From NCBI GenBank assembly GCA_964427735.1, contig CAYRUS010000003.1, forward strand, positions 1-47,839: DNA of 47,839 nt. The letters are read 5' to 3'. This document shows, piece by piece, positions 46,856-47,839 of this stretch. A model generated the notes under the pieces. It was given only the letters and a program-made list of their open reading frames with translations, ran no database searches and was not told the DNA's origin. A program made the translations under genes and the position numbers. This DNA is from an uncultured Gammaproteobacteria bacterium (GTDB lineage Bacteria; Patescibacteriota; Microgenomatia; UBA8517). Every line of letters begins with the position of its first letter. Within the stretch, counting starts at the first letter, position 1.

Positions 46856-47839
46856 TTAAACACCTACTCTAAACTCTATAACATCTCCATCTTGAACGAT
46901 ATATTCCTTGCCTTCTTGACGAACTTTCCCCAACTCCCTTGCTTTTTTCCAGGCACCTACATCAACAAAATCTACATATTTTACTACGTCTGCTTTTATA
47001 AAATTCTTTTCAAAATCGGTATGAATTACACCAGCTGCCTGAGGAGCAGTGAAGCCGTTTTTAATTGTCCAAGAACGTACTTCTTTCTCTCCTGCAGTGA
47101 GAAAAGTAATCAGTCCAAGTGTTGAGAACGCTTTTTGAATAAGCCTTTCCAGGCTTGTTTGAGTCAAACCTAAGTCATTTAAGTACTCTTTTTGCTCTTC
47201 TTCATTTAGTCCGGCGAGTTCCTCCTCCATCTTGGCACTGATTGCCACAACTTGATTTTTATCCAGACCTACCTCCTCTGCAAAGGTGCTTTCAAGCAAA
47301 GGAGCTTCACTTAGTTTGTGCTCATCCACATTTATGACTATAAGAATTGGCTTTGACGTTAATAGTGATAATTCCCGGCGGTAAATCTCTTCTTCATCTG
47401 TTAATACCACATCTTTGGAAAGCTTTCCTTCAGAAAGTGCATTCTTCAATTTTTGAACTACCACCCATTTTTTTTGCATATCTTTATCCGGTGTTTTCCC
47501 TGGATCTTTTTGCTTTTCTAGGGTTTGTAAATCTGCCAAAGCTAGTTCTGTTTGTATTACTTCTAAATCAGTTCTGGGGTCTGCACTCCCTTCTCTAATG
47601 ATATCTTCGTTTGAAAAGGCACGAACGACATGGCAAATTGCATCCACTTCTCTGATGTGGGCCAAAAACTTGTTTCCCAAACCTTCACCTTTGTGTGCTC
47701 CGGCAATAAGCCCTGCGATATCTACAAACTCAACTGTCGCAGGGACTTCCGGAGGAAGTTTGTCCATACTATTTGCATCTTTGACTACCTCAGCAAGTTT
47801 TGATAATCTCTCGTCTGGTACTGGAACTACACCAATATT
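46856..47839 (-). CDS. ychF: Ribosome-binding ATPase YchF, N-terminus cut by the window end
   Basis: The frame stays open to nt 47839 (..NIGVVPVPDERLSKLAEVV..). VEFVDIAGLIAGAHKGEGLGNKFL. C-terminal ..WTIKNGFTAPQAAGVIHTDFEKNFIKADV. Confidence 0.9.
   Translation of the reverse strand, partial: NIGVVPVPDERLSKLAEVVKDANSMDKLPPEVPATVEFVDIAGLIAGAHKGEGLGNKFLAHIREVDAICHVVRAFSNEDIIREGSADPRTDLEVIQTELALADLQTLEKQKDPGKTPDKDMQKKWVVVQKLKNALSEGKLSKDVVLTDEEEIYRRELSLLTSKPILIVINVDEHKLSEAPLLESTFAEEVGLDKNQVVAISAKMEEELAGLNEEEQKEYLNDLGLTQTSLERLIQKAFSTLGLITFLTAGEKEVRSWTIKNGFTAPQAAGVIHTDFEKNFIKADVVKYVDFVDVGAWKKARELGKVRQEGKEYIVQDGDVIEFRVGV

Overview
AT-rich, tightly packed bacterial segment with many 4-nt ATGA start/stop overlaps and short intergenic gaps. 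The reduced housekeeping set and gene content suggest a CPR/Patescibacteria-type genome; that placement is inference only.

Content, left to right:
- Two adjacent large, Cys-rich secreted surface proteins. They have different N-terminal parts but share a roughly 250-aa C-terminal module.
- rpsP and a KH-domain gene.
- A roughly 14-kb minus-strand type IV pilus locus (4769-18907): pilB, pilT, pilC, candidate major pilin, pilD, a long run of pilin and pseudopilin paralogs, pilM, pilN, pilO-like and a PilX-like gene. No secretin gene is present in the locus.
- Housekeeping genes: holB-like, gyrB, ppa, gyrA, a Xer-type tyrosine recombinase, yebC, efp, tRNA-Leu(CAA), dnaB, hisS, rpmE, prfA, htrA, ctp, rpsR-ssb-rpsF and ychF (cut by the window end).

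Items most worth a second look:
- The shared C-terminal module on the two surface proteins beside the pilus locus.
- Two pilin paralogs that have lost the prepilin cleavage motif.
- A 1.08-kb ORF-free, very AT-rich gap next to the recombinase gene. It holds a 28-bp site with dif-like 11-6-11 geometry, and its 13-bp arm motif recurs at a second locus.
- A promoter, mutually exclusive hairpins and a terminator upstream of hisS.
- An RF1 that lacks domain 1, directly downstream of an L31 with a long basic tail.
- A decayed M16 peptidase gene.

No rRNA genes, CRISPR arrays or recognisable transposases were seen. All calls rest on reading the sequence and ORF translations by eye; no searches were run.
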